Shown here: positions 39,953-51,288 of the stretch, piece after piece | Layout: every line of letters starts with the position of its first letter | Position numbering within the stretch: position 1 is the first letter of the stretch | Origin: Candidatus Latescibacterota bacterium | Lineage (GTDB): Bacteria > Latescibacterota > UBA2968 > GCA-2709665 | Reading direction: 5' to 3' | Assembly (NCBI GenBank): GCA_965237675.1 | Contig: OZ250150.1 | Coordinates: 4,448,001 to 4,512,000 of the forward strand | Length of the DNA: 64,000 nucleotides | Made by a program: the position numbers and the translations under genes | The notes under the pieces: model-generated | The model's database searches: none | What the model was told of the DNA's origin: nothing | Seen by the model: the letters and a program-made list of their open reading frames with translations, nothing else

Positions 39953-41343
39953 TCATCTCCACCCCACACAATGGCTTCTTGAATCTCGTTCATTTTACTA
40001 ATGGTATCGTCGAAACTACCTGCCCCGATGCCCAATTCCGGGTCAATCGCCGCAGGCACGAGCGTGGGTCGTCGACTTCTTCTGGTGTTATTCCCTAACA
40101 TCATTAACGCTTTTTCGGCTATGTAAACCCTGATCTTATCAGCAGACAACAACTCTTCGCTCTTGTAGCCTTCGCGGTGTGCGATTTCCTTCAGATACGG
40201 CTTGTCCTGATTCAACATAATCAGGGTATTGAGTTCTTTCACGATATAGTCGCTGTGCGTCGTCACGAAAACTCGGATACCCATATTCACCAGCCGAGCA
40301 AAGATCCGAGCGATGCGCCGCTGATTCTCCGGATGCAGGTTCAATTCCGGCTCATCCACCATCAACAAATCACCCGGTTTGGCAACATGGCGCAAATAAA
40401 AACCAATGTCCAATAGGGATCGTACCGCACTGGAACTCTCGTCCATTGTCAGCTTGATTTGTTTGCGTGCCGGCCTGAAATAAATCGTGTCATCACTCCC
40501 CGCGACGTATTCGCCTCCGATGATGTCGGCGAAATCTTCCAAGATTTGCGGATGTTTCTTGGCAAGAAAGCTGTCCTCTTTGGCGACGTCTTCAAGTTGT
40601 CGAATAAAATCGACATTGACTTCCACCGGCAATGGATAGTCCTGGTACGACTTGAATAACAGTTCTAATGGATTGACCTTTTGATCCGACCGAATCATCT
40701 CTTTCAGCAAACGGTTACGTGCAAAATTCAGTTCCTTGCGAAAAATTGCCGCGCCTGTACGCTCCGTGCTAGCGATAAATGTCTGGGGGAAAAACCGGTC
40801 GAAGAGTAATTCTACAATCCCGTCTGATATTACTTCCTCAATCATACTCTCGGGCAACGCGCTCCTCCGCTTCTCCATCAAAAGAGAAATGACTATGTCG
40901 TTTTCCCCTTCAGCCTTTGACAATAAAAGAAGATCGTCTTCGGCAGATCTTATTGTTCGCTTATACGTACGACTCTTTATTGAAGATATCGTCTCCGTTT
41001 CTATGGACACCTGAAATTTAGTGTCTTTAAAACGGCCGGGTTTCGAAGCAAAGATTTTCGGAAGACGGCTCGTGTATTCTATGCATCCCTGTTCAAGAAT
41101 GTGTTTCGCTTCCTTTGCATAGGACTCGACATTCAGCCGCGTTACGCCGTCCCTAAGTAGCTCCTGAACGGTACTGCTGTTAACCGTAGCGTGGAGTAGG
41201 CGTTCCCAACGCCACAAAAAGCCGAATAGGGCATACGTCGCGTAGGTCTTTCCCGTATTGTTGCTGCCACAAATCAGCGTCAACTCGCCCAGTTCGAATT
41301 CCGCCTTTTTGAGTACGCCCAAATTCTCCAACTCTATTTTCAT
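39949..41343 (-). CDS. ABC-type (AAA_15/AAA_21-like) ATPase
   Basis: Walker A GSNNTGKT, SSSAV signature, Walker B VDEPELNLHP, H-loop TTHSDY. Confidence 0.88.
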   Translation of the reverse strand: MKIELENLGVLKKAEFELGELTLICGSNNTGKTYATYALFGFLWRWERLLHATVNSSTVQELLRDGVTRLNVESYAKEAKHILEQGCIEYTSRLPKIFASKPGRFKDTKFQVSIETETISSIKSRTYKRTIRSAEDDLLLLSKAEGENDIVISLLMEKRRSALPESMIEEVISDGIVELLFDRFFPQTFIASTERTGAAIFRKELNFARNRLLKEMIRSDQKVNPLELLFKSYQDYPLPVEVNVDFIRQLEDVAKEDSFLAKKHPQILEDFADIIGGEYVAGSDDTIYFRPARKQIKLTMDESSSAVRSLLDIGFYLRHVAKPGDLLMVDEPELNLHPENQRRIARIFARLVNMGIRVFVTTHSDYIVKELNTLIMLNQDKPYLKEIAHREGYKSEELLSADKIRVYIAEKALMMLGNNTRRSRRPTLVPAAIDPELGIGAGSFDDTISKMNEIQEAIVWGGDE

Positions 41344-41510
41344 GATATACCTCGATTGTTGGCTTTCCTCCTACGTTCCGGAGTAGATTACAACGTCCGA
41401 CCCGCCTCCCCTTCAGGCACCTCCGCGTTAGACGAGGCAACCGTCGTGGGCTGCCGAATCCCCGTTTACACGCCTTGAGTTGTCTTTACCAATGTCAATC
41501 ACGCACAGAA

Positions 41511-44500
41511 TTACCGTTCTTCGGATCCGCTTCTTCTCAATTCTTGATCCGCCTGCTGCTCATATGTCTCCGCTATCTTGCGCAATGCAGTCGCAAATCG
41601 TGAATAACCTCTCTCCTCGAGGGCTTCTGCCTTTTCTCGGTTCAACTGCGCCAACTCTCGCTCCTCTTTGCCGGCGGTAAACCAATAGGCACCTCGCTGA
41701 TTTACGATCTCAGTTGTAAATCCGGATCGCATATCTGCCGCATTTCGTGCGTTCAAGGCGGACGCGACCGCATCATGTATCCACAAGCCATCAGGGTCAG
41801 GTGGCGCGTGTGTCAATACATGGCCGATTTGTATCTGCGCAACTTGACGGTGGCCAGTCGTTTCCGTAATTCGAATCGCCTCCTCTAACCATATCCTAAA
41901 AATAACTGCATCAAAGGAGTCATCGGGTAGTTTGCCCGGACAGATTTCCCATTCGGCTAAGAGCCTGTAGGCATTCTGGGCGAGGTTTTTTCTTTCTTCA
42001 CTGATTCCTGAAATGTTTTCGTCCTCATTTATTGAAGGAAAAATGAGTGCGACGACTTCAGCGAAAAACGCAGGATCTGAGGCGAGCCGTCTTTCAAGTG
42101 TAACTGGTGATCCTGACGAGAACCGGTCAAGCAACGGAAGTAAGTTCCATTCAATCTTAAATAGAGCGTCCGATTCGACGTTAGAAGAATTCTGTAATCG
42201 TTTAATTACGTCGACGGTCCTATTGGGATCCAGTCGATTCGCCACGTCGGGCGTCTCCAGTACACCAAGAAGTGCTCGAACCGCAAGGTCTTCCTTAAAC
42301 CTCGTTTCGTCTTGTATCGTGCGGTAGACACAGAGGACAGCTTCCGGAGCACGCCCAAATTCGATCAGTTTCTCAATGGCTAAATCCAGGTCTCGATCTG
42401 GCCCAAACGGGTTTACGCCAACCTTCATCCAATAGAGCCTTTCATTCTCATCTCCGAGGTGGTCTCTTACTCGACTCCAAACGCCCTCATTGAACGGAAG
42501 CAGAATCAGGAATGCGCTTTTCTGAATGTGATCCCAATCGTACCTGAGCACCTGATCAACCCAAGCCCAACTCAATCTCCAGAATCGCCCAAAGACGAAC
42601 CCGGATACAAACCGTTTCTCGATTTCGTCTTCAGCATTAAGCAGTGAAGGAAGAATCACTGCCTCGATTTCTTCACTTCCGATACTACCCAGAGCATATC
42701 CAACTTCATAAGGTAAGGCAACATTCTGAGCGAAAGTTAAAACAGCACGCACACCTCCTGTGTCAAGAATCGCCTGCACAGCATTCTGACGAGCCTTGTC
42801 AAGGAGCTTTTGCTGTTCTTCGTAATTACCCTTCTCATCGAAATATTCTAAACCTCGACCACTGAAAAGGTAACGATTTTTCAGATCTGGGCTCTCGGGA
42901 GCCAAGGAGTTTGCCACAATCTCAATCTTAGCGACTCTATCTTCGGGCATTGCCCACTTAGCGTCTGCGAATTTTCGGTGTTGGCAGACTGTATCTCTCA
43001 ACCTCTCCCAGAGCTCAAGGCGCTCAGCCTGAGGCAAAGCCAGGACCTCGTCCGAAGCCAAATGTTCCAGAACGTTCGCTTGCGCTTTCCTGGGCAAATC
43101 GGACAGACGCTTAATCAACTCCTCAAGTTTCTCAGTGCTTGTCTTTGCGAGTACAACTGCCAACTCTGTGTAAATCGTTATCTGTTTCCAATATTCTGAA
43201 TTCAAGACACTGTCATTCCAATCTCTCGGAATGTAATTCCGCCAAGTTGGTCGGTGGCACCCGCTGGTAGAGCCGTGATCGTGCGGCAATAGACTTAGAA
43301 TTAACTCCCAACCTACTTTCGGCTGTTCTCGGAGTACGGTTTGAACAGCCGCTTTCCGCTTTTCAACCGAGGCACATGTTTGCACATGCCATGGTAAGAA
43401 GATGTCTACGAGGGAGTTCGATGGACGGTTTGCCCAGTTTCCTCCGGGATCAATCGAGGCAAGGTCTGATAGAATCACAGCTACGCGGGAGAGGAAATCT
43501 GGATTCCACGCAAGAGTTTCCAGTGCCCACAATAGGCCGCTCATGTAGTTCCAACCTCCAACTCCTCCACTATCCTCCTGAGCGAAAAGCTCGTGAAATG
43601 GCGATTGGCCCAAGTCTTCTAACGCCGACTCAACCGCATCGAGAAACTCGCCGGGAGCCGCTTCGGCAAGGAGCGGCAACAACGAATCCAAACTCGCCCA
43701 CCGGTCCCAGTTCGCATTATCCAAAAGTCCTCGGACTGTGAGAACTGCCGTAAATTCCGGTTTGTTAAGAGAACATGAGGAAAGTGTTTTCGGGCGACTT
43801 CCGATTAGAGCGAGTGTTTCTGCCAAACCTTCACGAAGAAAACGGGAATGTCTAAGTTGCTTACCGTGAATGCTTGCCGCGAATCGTTCCTCTTTCGGCA
43901 AGTCAAACTTTGGATCTCTTTCTCCAAGAACTGAAATGGCTGCCTCTTGGAGCCGATCTAGATCCTCATCCGTTATTCTATTGCCCAACGCGCTCCACGC
44001 TTCACCCCGTGCGACAAATCGCCATCTTTCATCGAGTTGAGTTAGGGGAGAGTCCGAGCGAAGCGCGTCAGGTCTGACTGTCTCGATCCACTCCCCATAT
44101 CCTTTTCCCAACAACCTCTCCAAAGCAGCCTGGTCTGACGGGCTGTTACCGTCCCATTTACCGACAAGCCCTGCTTGTGCAATGCGCCTCGCATTCTCCC
44201 AGGTTGCATAAGGCGGCAGCGTTCCAAGTCCCTGCAAGTTCCTGCGTATTGCGGAAATTCGATCCCCTCCAATTCCGGCTAACTCTTTAGAACGAACCTC
44301 TGTGAAACCTGCCTCTTTTAGGATTGTCTCTATACGGTGTTGGGACGGACTTCGTAATTTGACTATTTCGTGACTTTCCGCTGCCCACGCACCAAAAAGA
44401 GGAACGACCACCGCATGTTCTCTCTGCGTGGCGATTGTTTGGAGATCAGCTCGCTCCTCCGTCTCCAAACCGAGCTTGACATCAGCGACAAAAACGTGTG

Positions 44501-45326
44501 ATCTACGTGTGTGCACGACCGAACGCCAAGCATCCTCTTCGGAAACAATCAAGCATCGGTGAGCGTAGTTTTGCGCGGTCTCCTCATCAAGTGTCTCGAT
44601 ATAGGCTGCGACAAAGTCGGCGACATCGTTTGGGCTTTCTGCAAACAGAAGCAGCCTTTTCGAATTACCTTCGAACAGCGCCTGTAGAGCATCGCAGGCA
44701 TTACTACGTCCTTCAGTGAATAGCTTTGCTGGAAGTGGAGGGTCGGACGGTACTGTTGGAGTAGCGATGATATCCCAATGCTCTCGCGGAGTCGAAAGCC
44801 CGCCTAAGCTGCACAACAAACCGATTTTTTTTGCCATCCACCGACCTATAGCTGGAAACTCCCGCAACCAGTCGGCGAGTTTAACACCGTCAATAATTCG
44901 GATATCTTTCCAGCCCTTACCTCTTTTGGTTTCCAGCCACTTTGCTTGCTTCGGCTCATCCCATCCACCGGCACCGGCGGAACGGGGAGTCACAAAAATG
45001 AACGATGCCTCGGCCCGATCAGTTTCCGAGAGAGTGTCCGTCCTCTTCTTCAAGTCAGCTGTAGCTTTATTCTGTGGGTTTGCCCCAGTGCCGATTTCCC
45101 AGTACGATCTACCTTCCGGAACAAATTCGAGAAACGCTGCTTCAGCTTCAACGATCCCGTCCCAACCTGGTTGATTAACGTCGTCTCCATAGGGAATTCG
45201 ACACACCGAGGCGTTTGTAGACTGTCTTACAAGTAAGTAAAGCAACTCTGGAACTACGTCTTGGCTTTCTATAGTATCGGCATATCGTTCAAGATCACTG
45301 GAATGAACGATGTGGGTATGGTCCAT
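41511..45326 (-). CDS. 1271-aa putative defence protein: REase-like N-terminus, degenerate NTPase-like region, helical C-terminus
   Basis: PGWDG...WEIG N-terminal motif; GR...L...ESP region; long Leu/Trp-rich helical tail. Confidence 0.6.
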   Translation of the reverse strand: MDHTHIVHSSDLERYADTIESQDVVPELLYLLVRQSTNASVCRIPYGDDVNQPGWDGIVEAEAAFLEFVPEGRSYWEIGTGANPQNKATADLKKRTDTLSETDRAEASFIFVTPRSAGAGGWDEPKQAKWLETKRGKGWKDIRIIDGVKLADWLREFPAIGRWMAKKIGLLCSLGGLSTPREHWDIIATPTVPSDPPLPAKLFTEGRSNACDALQALFEGNSKRLLLFAESPNDVADFVAAYIETLDEETAQNYAHRCLIVSEEDAWRSVVHTRRSHVFVADVKLGLETEERADLQTIATQREHAVVVPLFGAWAAESHEIVKLRSPSQHRIETILKEAGFTEVRSKELAGIGGDRISAIRRNLQGLGTLPPYATWENARRIAQAGLVGKWDGNSPSDQAALERLLGKGYGEWIETVRPDALRSDSPLTQLDERWRFVARGEAWSALGNRITDEDLDRLQEAAISVLGERDPKFDLPKEERFAASIHGKQLRHSRFLREGLAETLALIGSRPKTLSSCSLNKPEFTAVLTVRGLLDNANWDRWASLDSLLPLLAEAAPGEFLDAVESALEDLGQSPFHELFAQEDSGGVGGWNYMSGLLWALETLAWNPDFLSRVAVILSDLASIDPGGNWANRPSNSLVDIFLPWHVQTCASVEKRKAAVQTVLREQPKVGWELILSLLPHDHGSTSGCHRPTWRNYIPRDWNDSVLNSEYWKQITIYTELAVVLAKTSTEKLEELIKRLSDLPRKAQANVLEHLASDEVLALPQAERLELWERLRDTVCQHRKFADAKWAMPEDRVAKIEIVANSLAPESPDLKNRYLFSGRGLEYFDEKGNYEEQQKLLDKARQNAVQAILDTGGVRAVLTFAQNVALPYEVGYALGSIGSEEIEAVILPSLLNAEDEIEKRFVSGFVFGRFWRLSWAWVDQVLRYDWDHIQKSAFLILLPFNEGVWSRVRDHLGDENERLYWMKVGVNPFGPDRDLDLAIEKLIEFGRAPEAVLCVYRTIQDETRFKEDLAVRALLGVLETPDVANRLDPNRTVDVIKRLQNSSNVESDALFKIEWNLLPLLDRFSSGSPVTLERRLASDPAFFAEVVALIFPSINEDENISGISEERKNLAQNAYRLLAEWEICPGKLPDDSFDAVIFRIWLEEAIRITETTGHRQVAQIQIGHVLTHAPPDPDGLWIHDAVASALNARNAADMRSGFTTEIVNQRGAYWFTAGKEERELAQLNREKAEALEERGYSRFATALRKIAETYEQQADQELRRSGSEER

Positions 45327-48300
45327 ATCGCGACCCTATTTGGTTTTTGTTTCGGTTTGGTTAAGAGAGCTTGATGCAAATCGCAATGGAGGCGCCCTAA
45401 GTGACGATCGCTCGGCTAAGTAGCACCTCAGAACGGGATTTCACTTACTCCATTGCGGCCCTAGCCCTTGCTGCTGAGTCAGACCCTGTGGCCCAGGTAC
45501 AAGCCCTTGTCCCTCACTTTTTGTTGGGCGGCAAGCAACGGACGCGGGTTTCTTTTACTACCTTTGGAAGGCGATCAGCTATTAGGTGGGTTCGCTATAT
45601 GGCGAGATGTGCTGTGAGGCTAATCGTCTATTTGCGAGAGTTTAGAATATAAGCCCACACGAATCCACCGGCAATCTCTGCACGAACGCAGGCTTGTTGG
45701 TTACCGTCGGTCGGTTTGTTTCCTGCCATCGTGCAAAGGACTTCTTGATTCCTCCCGAGAGACGATTTCTTCACATTTGGCCATTGTATCTTGGACTGTT
45801 TGCCGTCGAAGCAATTGCTCTTTCCGAGCGAGAACTCTCCGCACGCAATTGTGAGCATCAGAATTATCAACAGCGTGACGGGCGTACGCAACATTGCGTG
45901 TGGCGAAGACTGAATCTGTATAATCCTGTTAATCGGTCTCGTTCGCCCTTAAAATAGTTTCCACCGCGGCGATCTCTTCAGCCGTCAGCCCGTACAGTGC
46001 ATAGACCAAGCGATCTATCTGCACTTCCTGCTCGCTGGTGTCAGCACCGGTGTTGACACGTTTGGCGTCGAGGATATTGTCAACGATGTTCGTAATTTGG
46101 AACTGATTTTCACGTGATACTATTGGTATCGGAAACTGCTTCACATAGTTATTGATCCAACGGCTTGTTCCCATCCCACTTGTTTCTGCTGTAACGTATA
46201 GGTAAAACCGAATTGTGCTTGAATTTAGAACTCCAAGAAGGAATTTCGAATCTATACCTGATGGTGGGATCAAAAAATACGCCGAGTTCAGAAGGTATAT
46301 CTCCTCATTGCAAAGCGCGAATCGACCCAAGTCTGTTAGTTCAATCCATACGATCTTTTCTTTCTTGAAATCGTCATAAAATGAGCATGCACGCAAGTTT
46401 GTCCAGTGTTTCCCCCTTGCACCGCGACTTCTAAACTTGCCTCCAAACGACTCGAAATGCGAGTATATTTCGGGATAATCCCTCCTTACATTCACACCAT
46501 TCCTAGCCAGCAGTATATGCTGTCCCGATGAAATGTAGCTGTAGCGATGAATATCCCGACCTCTAAGAATCGGCTTTATTATGGCAGTGTTAACTGGATT
46601 CTTCTCGCAGAGTTCGCGTTTCTTTTCTTCATCTATTATAAATGCTTCATTGCTACCCGTAGCAATACCAAGTCTGATTTTCGTCCTGAGCTGTTCGAGG
46701 GTCTTTCCGGTGGACGCAAGTTTTCTTTGAAGCACAATTAGCTCTGGCCTTGTGAGGGTCCAAGGATTGGCATCCAAATACGCTTGGGGATAATCAAAAC
46801 CGTTGCTTTCGACAAAGTCTTCAATTGGAATTCCTTTTGTGAGTGGTGAGTTAACAACAACGCAAAGCTCATCATACATCTGGGATGAATTACAAGAGAC
46901 GATTATCGCTACATTTACAATCGCGCTCGCGAAAACCTGTGAGTCTTCAATACTTAATACTCTAAGTAAGGCATTTCTCTTGCTCAGCAATTCGCGGATG
47001 GGGGCTCCGTATTCTGCCCTCAAATACGAATTGGAAGTAATAAAGCTCAATACGCCTGCATTGTTTTGCAACCTCAGTGCCTTCTCAATGAAGTAGCAGT
47101 ACAAGTCGGCAAATGGCTGGTACGATAGATAACTATTCCTAACAATGGATTTCTGATGTTTTGAGATTTTGTCGTGACTAACATAAGGAGGGTTTCCAAT
47201 TACGACGTCAAAACCACCCGTTTTTCCAAACATATACTCGGCATCGAACCAATGCGCAACGGTATTCTGGTCATAAGGATCCCATTGCGCAATATTGAGG
47301 GCTGCATCAGTAGGAAGTCCAAGATTTCGCAGCTCCGTTGCCAATTGTGTCCGCAGGATTCTATCCTTTTCCTTACATTCAAGTTTTCGCTGCCGTGTAG
47401 AGGCGTGAAAATGCTGTTCGCGGTTTTCATTCAGTTCACGTTCCAAATCCTGCGCTCTCCTGTTTTTCAACATTCGCTCACCCTCGAGACCGATGAGCGT
47501 GTTCGCCACAACAAAACGTGTCTCCAGATTCGGCAAGGGTTTAATGCCCAAATTCTCCGCTGTCTCGTCCGATTCCTGTTCAATGGCCAAGGAGATGAAG
47601 AAGCGCAATCTTGCGATCTGGCAGGCTACGGGCTGAATATCCACGCCGAAAATACTGTTTTGTATGAGGTAGAGTTTGCGTCCGAAGTCCCCTGAATATC
47701 GCTGGAAGGTTTCGCTGATTTCCAACATCTCGGCGTTGCGTTCCCGCTGGTTTCGTGTTTCAAACGCTGCGTCCACTCTCGCTCTGGCGCGTTCCTTTTG
47801 TAGGGCTTGCCAGTGCTCATTGTCCGGGTCAAGCCGCTGTAACGCAAGGATAAGCTTGTGCAAGATGCCCATTGGAAACGCGCCGGAACCAACCGCAGGA
47901 TCAAGCACCTTGAGATTGGCAATCGCCCGAATGATGCTTTCCTTCTCGGGTTTATCAAACAAGACATCGACGTCATTGAATTCGTCCGCGTAATCTAGCA
48001 ACCAGCGCAAACTGGTATCAAAGTCATCGGCGATCCCATTCTTGGGCAGACACTTCTGCTTCAGAGTTGCCACCAGCGCCTCATCCACCATATAGTCAAC
48101 GACGACACGCGGCGTGTAATATGAGCCGGTTTGCTTTCGTACTGTGTCACGAGTTTCAGGGTTGTAGGCAGCCAGCAGGTTTTCAAAAACCTTGCCCAGC
48201 AGTTCAGGATCCAATGCGACTTCTTGCTCGACAGGCGTGTTTTCCTCGACCGTGAACTTGTAGTGATTGAGTAGAGGAAACAGTCCATATTCATCATCGA

Positions 48301-49450
48301 AGAACAGCGCGTCAGGGACGTTCAATTGCCGCCATGCGTCACGACGCGCTTCTGCGGCGCGGGGCCCCTCACTTGGGTCGGGGTCGCTGAACATGTCGAT
48401 GCGTTTGCCACCCGCGCTTCTCGACTCTTCGTCGTCGAGGCAGTCAAACAGCCCACCGTTGATGAACGGCGTCTGCTTCATCAAGCCTTCAAATCGGTCC
48501 AAATCGCGAATGAGTGATTTGTAGCGATAACGTGAAAAGACCCTGTGGTTGGGCTCCCTTCGGGTACTGAATCCGCGTGCTCCCATCTCGGTGTTGAGGG
48601 TAGCGAAAAAGAGATTCTGCAAGACAGCGCGGTAGTAGTCCGAGCCGCCGAAGTTGCTCAGCAACTCTTCCATTTCGGCCTTTACGTACCATTCCTCCCG
48701 GACCAATCCCTTTTCCTTGATGAACCAGACGAACAGGATTCGTGTTATCAAACGGATTACCTGTTGTTCCGCAGACACGGTCGAGGGGAATTTCGCATCC
48801 TCAGCAGCCCTCTTGAACCATTCGAAGAGTTCCCCGTAGAACCGTCGGTTGAGTTCCTCGGTGTCCAGTTTGTCCAGCCAGGCGGCCAGCAGGCCGTCGA
48901 AATTGTGTGGCTTGCTGTGGAGATCCATCCATCTAGCGCACTCGGCCAGCGACAGTTCAGCCAATATGTCCAAATGGGCGCGGTGCGGATTTTCCGGGTC
49001 AACTTCCCGTATCAGCGACACTTTGCCCAGTACATCGCGCTCCGGATCGCGCTTGTGCTCGCGACGGTGAACGAAGCCCACGGTTAGCAAGTTGCCCGTG
49101 GTTTTGAATAGAACGACCGTAGGTTGGATCAGACGCTTGTTGATCTCGCGTGTGAACTGTGCATACTGGCCGCGAGGGTAACCCTTGCCGTTCAGTTCTA
49201 CTGCGAAGAAGACAAAACTCTGCTGACGCCCCTTGTCGAACGCAGTGGCATTAAAACCAAACGTCGGCTGGCTACTGGCCGCGATTTCGTCGCTTGTAAC
49301 CTGGAATATCACCTTCACGGATTGCGTCTGCTCGCGGAATTCCAGTTCTGACTTCGTGTTTTCGTTTGGAACGGGAAATTCGCGAATAAACTCATCCACG
49401 CTTCCCGAAAGTTCCTGAGTGCGCCCGCTTTGATATCCCAGGACCTCTAG

Positions 49451-51138
49451 CCCGATTAATTCATGAATCGTCAGATAGAGCATTTTAAGGAAGCAGAAAG
49501 AGCTTCCGAGTGAGACAAGAAACGAAAGCGCATGGGCTGTGACGGATTTGGCGTGTTCAAGCCGTTTGGGCGGCGCCTGCTTTGCCTCGTGACGTCAGGT
49601 TGACCTCGATGCCCGTGTCAAGCGCACAGACTTCTCCATGACCTTTGGTGGTGGTCGATGCAAATGTGAAGGCGGGGTCAGCACGTCGATGGGTTATGGA
49701 ACACCCGTTGCCAGATTATAGAGGATCTTGCCATAAAGGTGTTTGAGTGGAAACGCCGTTGGCAGATGGAACTTGATTTTAGTTTTCAACTCACAAACGC
49801 GCCCGGCGACTTTCAAGAGACGATTTTGCAGGGTATTGAACTGTGCGTTGGTCCACTTCGTGCCGCGCAATCCGATTGCAGCCAGGCTGTGCATCAGGAC
49901 ATAGGCGGCGCTGTGGAGAAAGAGACGGAAGTGATTGGCCTGGAAGGTGTGACAAGAGGTGCGATCGGAATGGAGAAAGGTCTTGTGATTTTTGATGAAG
50001 TTTTCCATCCTGCCGCGTGTGCAATAGGCGGTTTTGTAGATGAATGACGGTTGGGCGCGCTTCAGGTTGGTGACCACGAATCGGATATTGACACCTTGCG
50101 GTGTCACTTCCGCCTTGCAGACGATGCGTTGTGGACACGCCCAGGTGCCGGCCTGATAGGCCCAACAGCGATAAAGGCGCACGGTTTCTCCGGAATCGGC
50201 ATACCGCGTTTTGGCCTGGTCTATCAAGGACTGTGCCTTCCGCAGGAGTTTGGCGTTGCCGTTCTGTCCGAGGACAAAATACACATCTTCTTCCTCACAC
50301 AACACGTGCACTTCCGGACACGAAAAATGCGCATCGCCACGTAACAGGATCTCCACGTCGGGCCAGGCTTTACGCAGGTAGGCGATCACCCGTTTGAGGA
50401 TGGTGACGATCTCTTTACCCGCAGGCCGCCTGCCAGGACGCAAGACCGTCGTGATCAACTTGCCGGTTTGGCCTTCATAGATATGCAGGGGCTGGTAGCA
50501 ATAGCCATTGAAATACGCATTGAACAACGACAACTGTTGAGACCCATGCACCTTGTCTTCGGTGTCATCGATGTCCAACAGAATGGCTTCCGGCGGTTCC
50601 TCATACGAGGCGACAAACACATCCGCAAAGGCCTTGGCGATCCGATACAAATCGGTTCTGCTGATGCGGTTCTCGAACCGACTCATCGTGGGCTGACTGG
50701 CCAGGTCCGCGCCAGACAACGGCAACCGATCACAGGCCGCCTTGAAGCCGGGGTCCTCGCGTAACGTCTTGCAATCATTCGCATCCTCATACCCACAGGC
50801 CATCTGAAAGACACGTTGTTTGATCAGGTCCATCATCGAATGATGTACGTAACTTTGATGTCGATGATCGGTGAGCGCCGCAACCATCCGATGCAAAATG
50901 CCGACATTGGCCTCGACCTCACGAAGCAGCATCACCCCGACGTCGGTCGTCAGCACGCCCCCGTCGAACGTGGCTTCTACCTGCCTACCAGAAAGACTTG
51001 CGAAAGACAACCTGTGATGTTTATCTTGAACTCCCACGGTAGTTTCCTCCTGTTTCATTGTTATTAGGTTATTTGCGTAACCATAATATAATACAATGAC
51101 TTGGGTATGGAAACTACCTTTTTTGTGAATTATTCAGG
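49451..51138 (-). mobile_element. IS1380-family insertion sequence (1688 bp)
   Basis: Imperfect TIRs CCCGATTAATTCA / CCTGAATAATTCA; CTAG duplicated at 49447-49450 and 51139-51142. Confidence 0.92.
49694..51058 (-). CDS. IS1380-family DDE transposase
   Basis: FDGG...D.G, GYEDAND, LDIDDT, LRGD, RG.MEN.IK, F.AN. Confidence 0.93.
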   Translation of the reverse strand: MKQEETTVGVQDKHHRLSFASLSGRQVEATFDGGVLTTDVGVMLLREVEANVGILHRMVAALTDHRHQSYVHHSMMDLIKQRVFQMACGYEDANDCKTLREDPGFKAACDRLPLSGADLASQPTMSRFENRISRTDLYRIAKAFADVFVASYEEPPEAILLDIDDTEDKVHGSQQLSLFNAYFNGYCYQPLHIYEGQTGKLITTVLRPGRRPAGKEIVTILKRVIAYLRKAWPDVEILLRGDAHFSCPEVHVLCEEEDVYFVLGQNGNAKLLRKAQSLIDQAKTRYADSGETVRLYRCWAYQAGTWACPQRIVCKAEVTPQGVNIRFVVTNLKRAQPSFIYKTAYCTRGRMENFIKNHKTFLHSDRTSCHTFQANHFRLFLHSAAYVLMHSLAAIGLRGTKWTNAQFNTLQNRLLKVAGRVCELKTKIKFHLPTAFPLKHLYGKILYNLATGVP

Positions 51139-51288
51139 CTAGGATGTCTTTGGTCGCCTCCGGAAATTCGCTGGCAGGTATCGCAGCCAAAACAGATTGT
51201 AGGGCTTCCAGCAGATCGTCAGTGCGCTTCGCCACTTTTTCTCTGACCATGTTGCCTCGTTTCTTGTATTGATCGTCTAGGCCGCAGG

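Larger units (their letters stand above)
45929..51250 (-). pseudogene. Eco57I/TaqI-like N6-adenine DNA methyltransferase interrupted by IS1380
   Basis: VLDPAVGSGAF, GNPPY, TaqI-like C-terminus; removing the IS restores the frame MVREK...TKDI-LEVLGYQ from ATG 51250. Confidence 0.88.

Noticed and set aside
41385-41435. attC-like GTCTAAC...GTTGTAA on the minus strand (also GCCCAAC near 45525)
   Set aside because: Too short, inner boxes do not pair convincingly and there is no integron integrase; IntegronFinder would settle it
45401-45957. Small ORFs between the MTase and the 1271-aa gene
   Set aside because: No recognisable motifs or RBS and conflicting strands; may be decayed sequence
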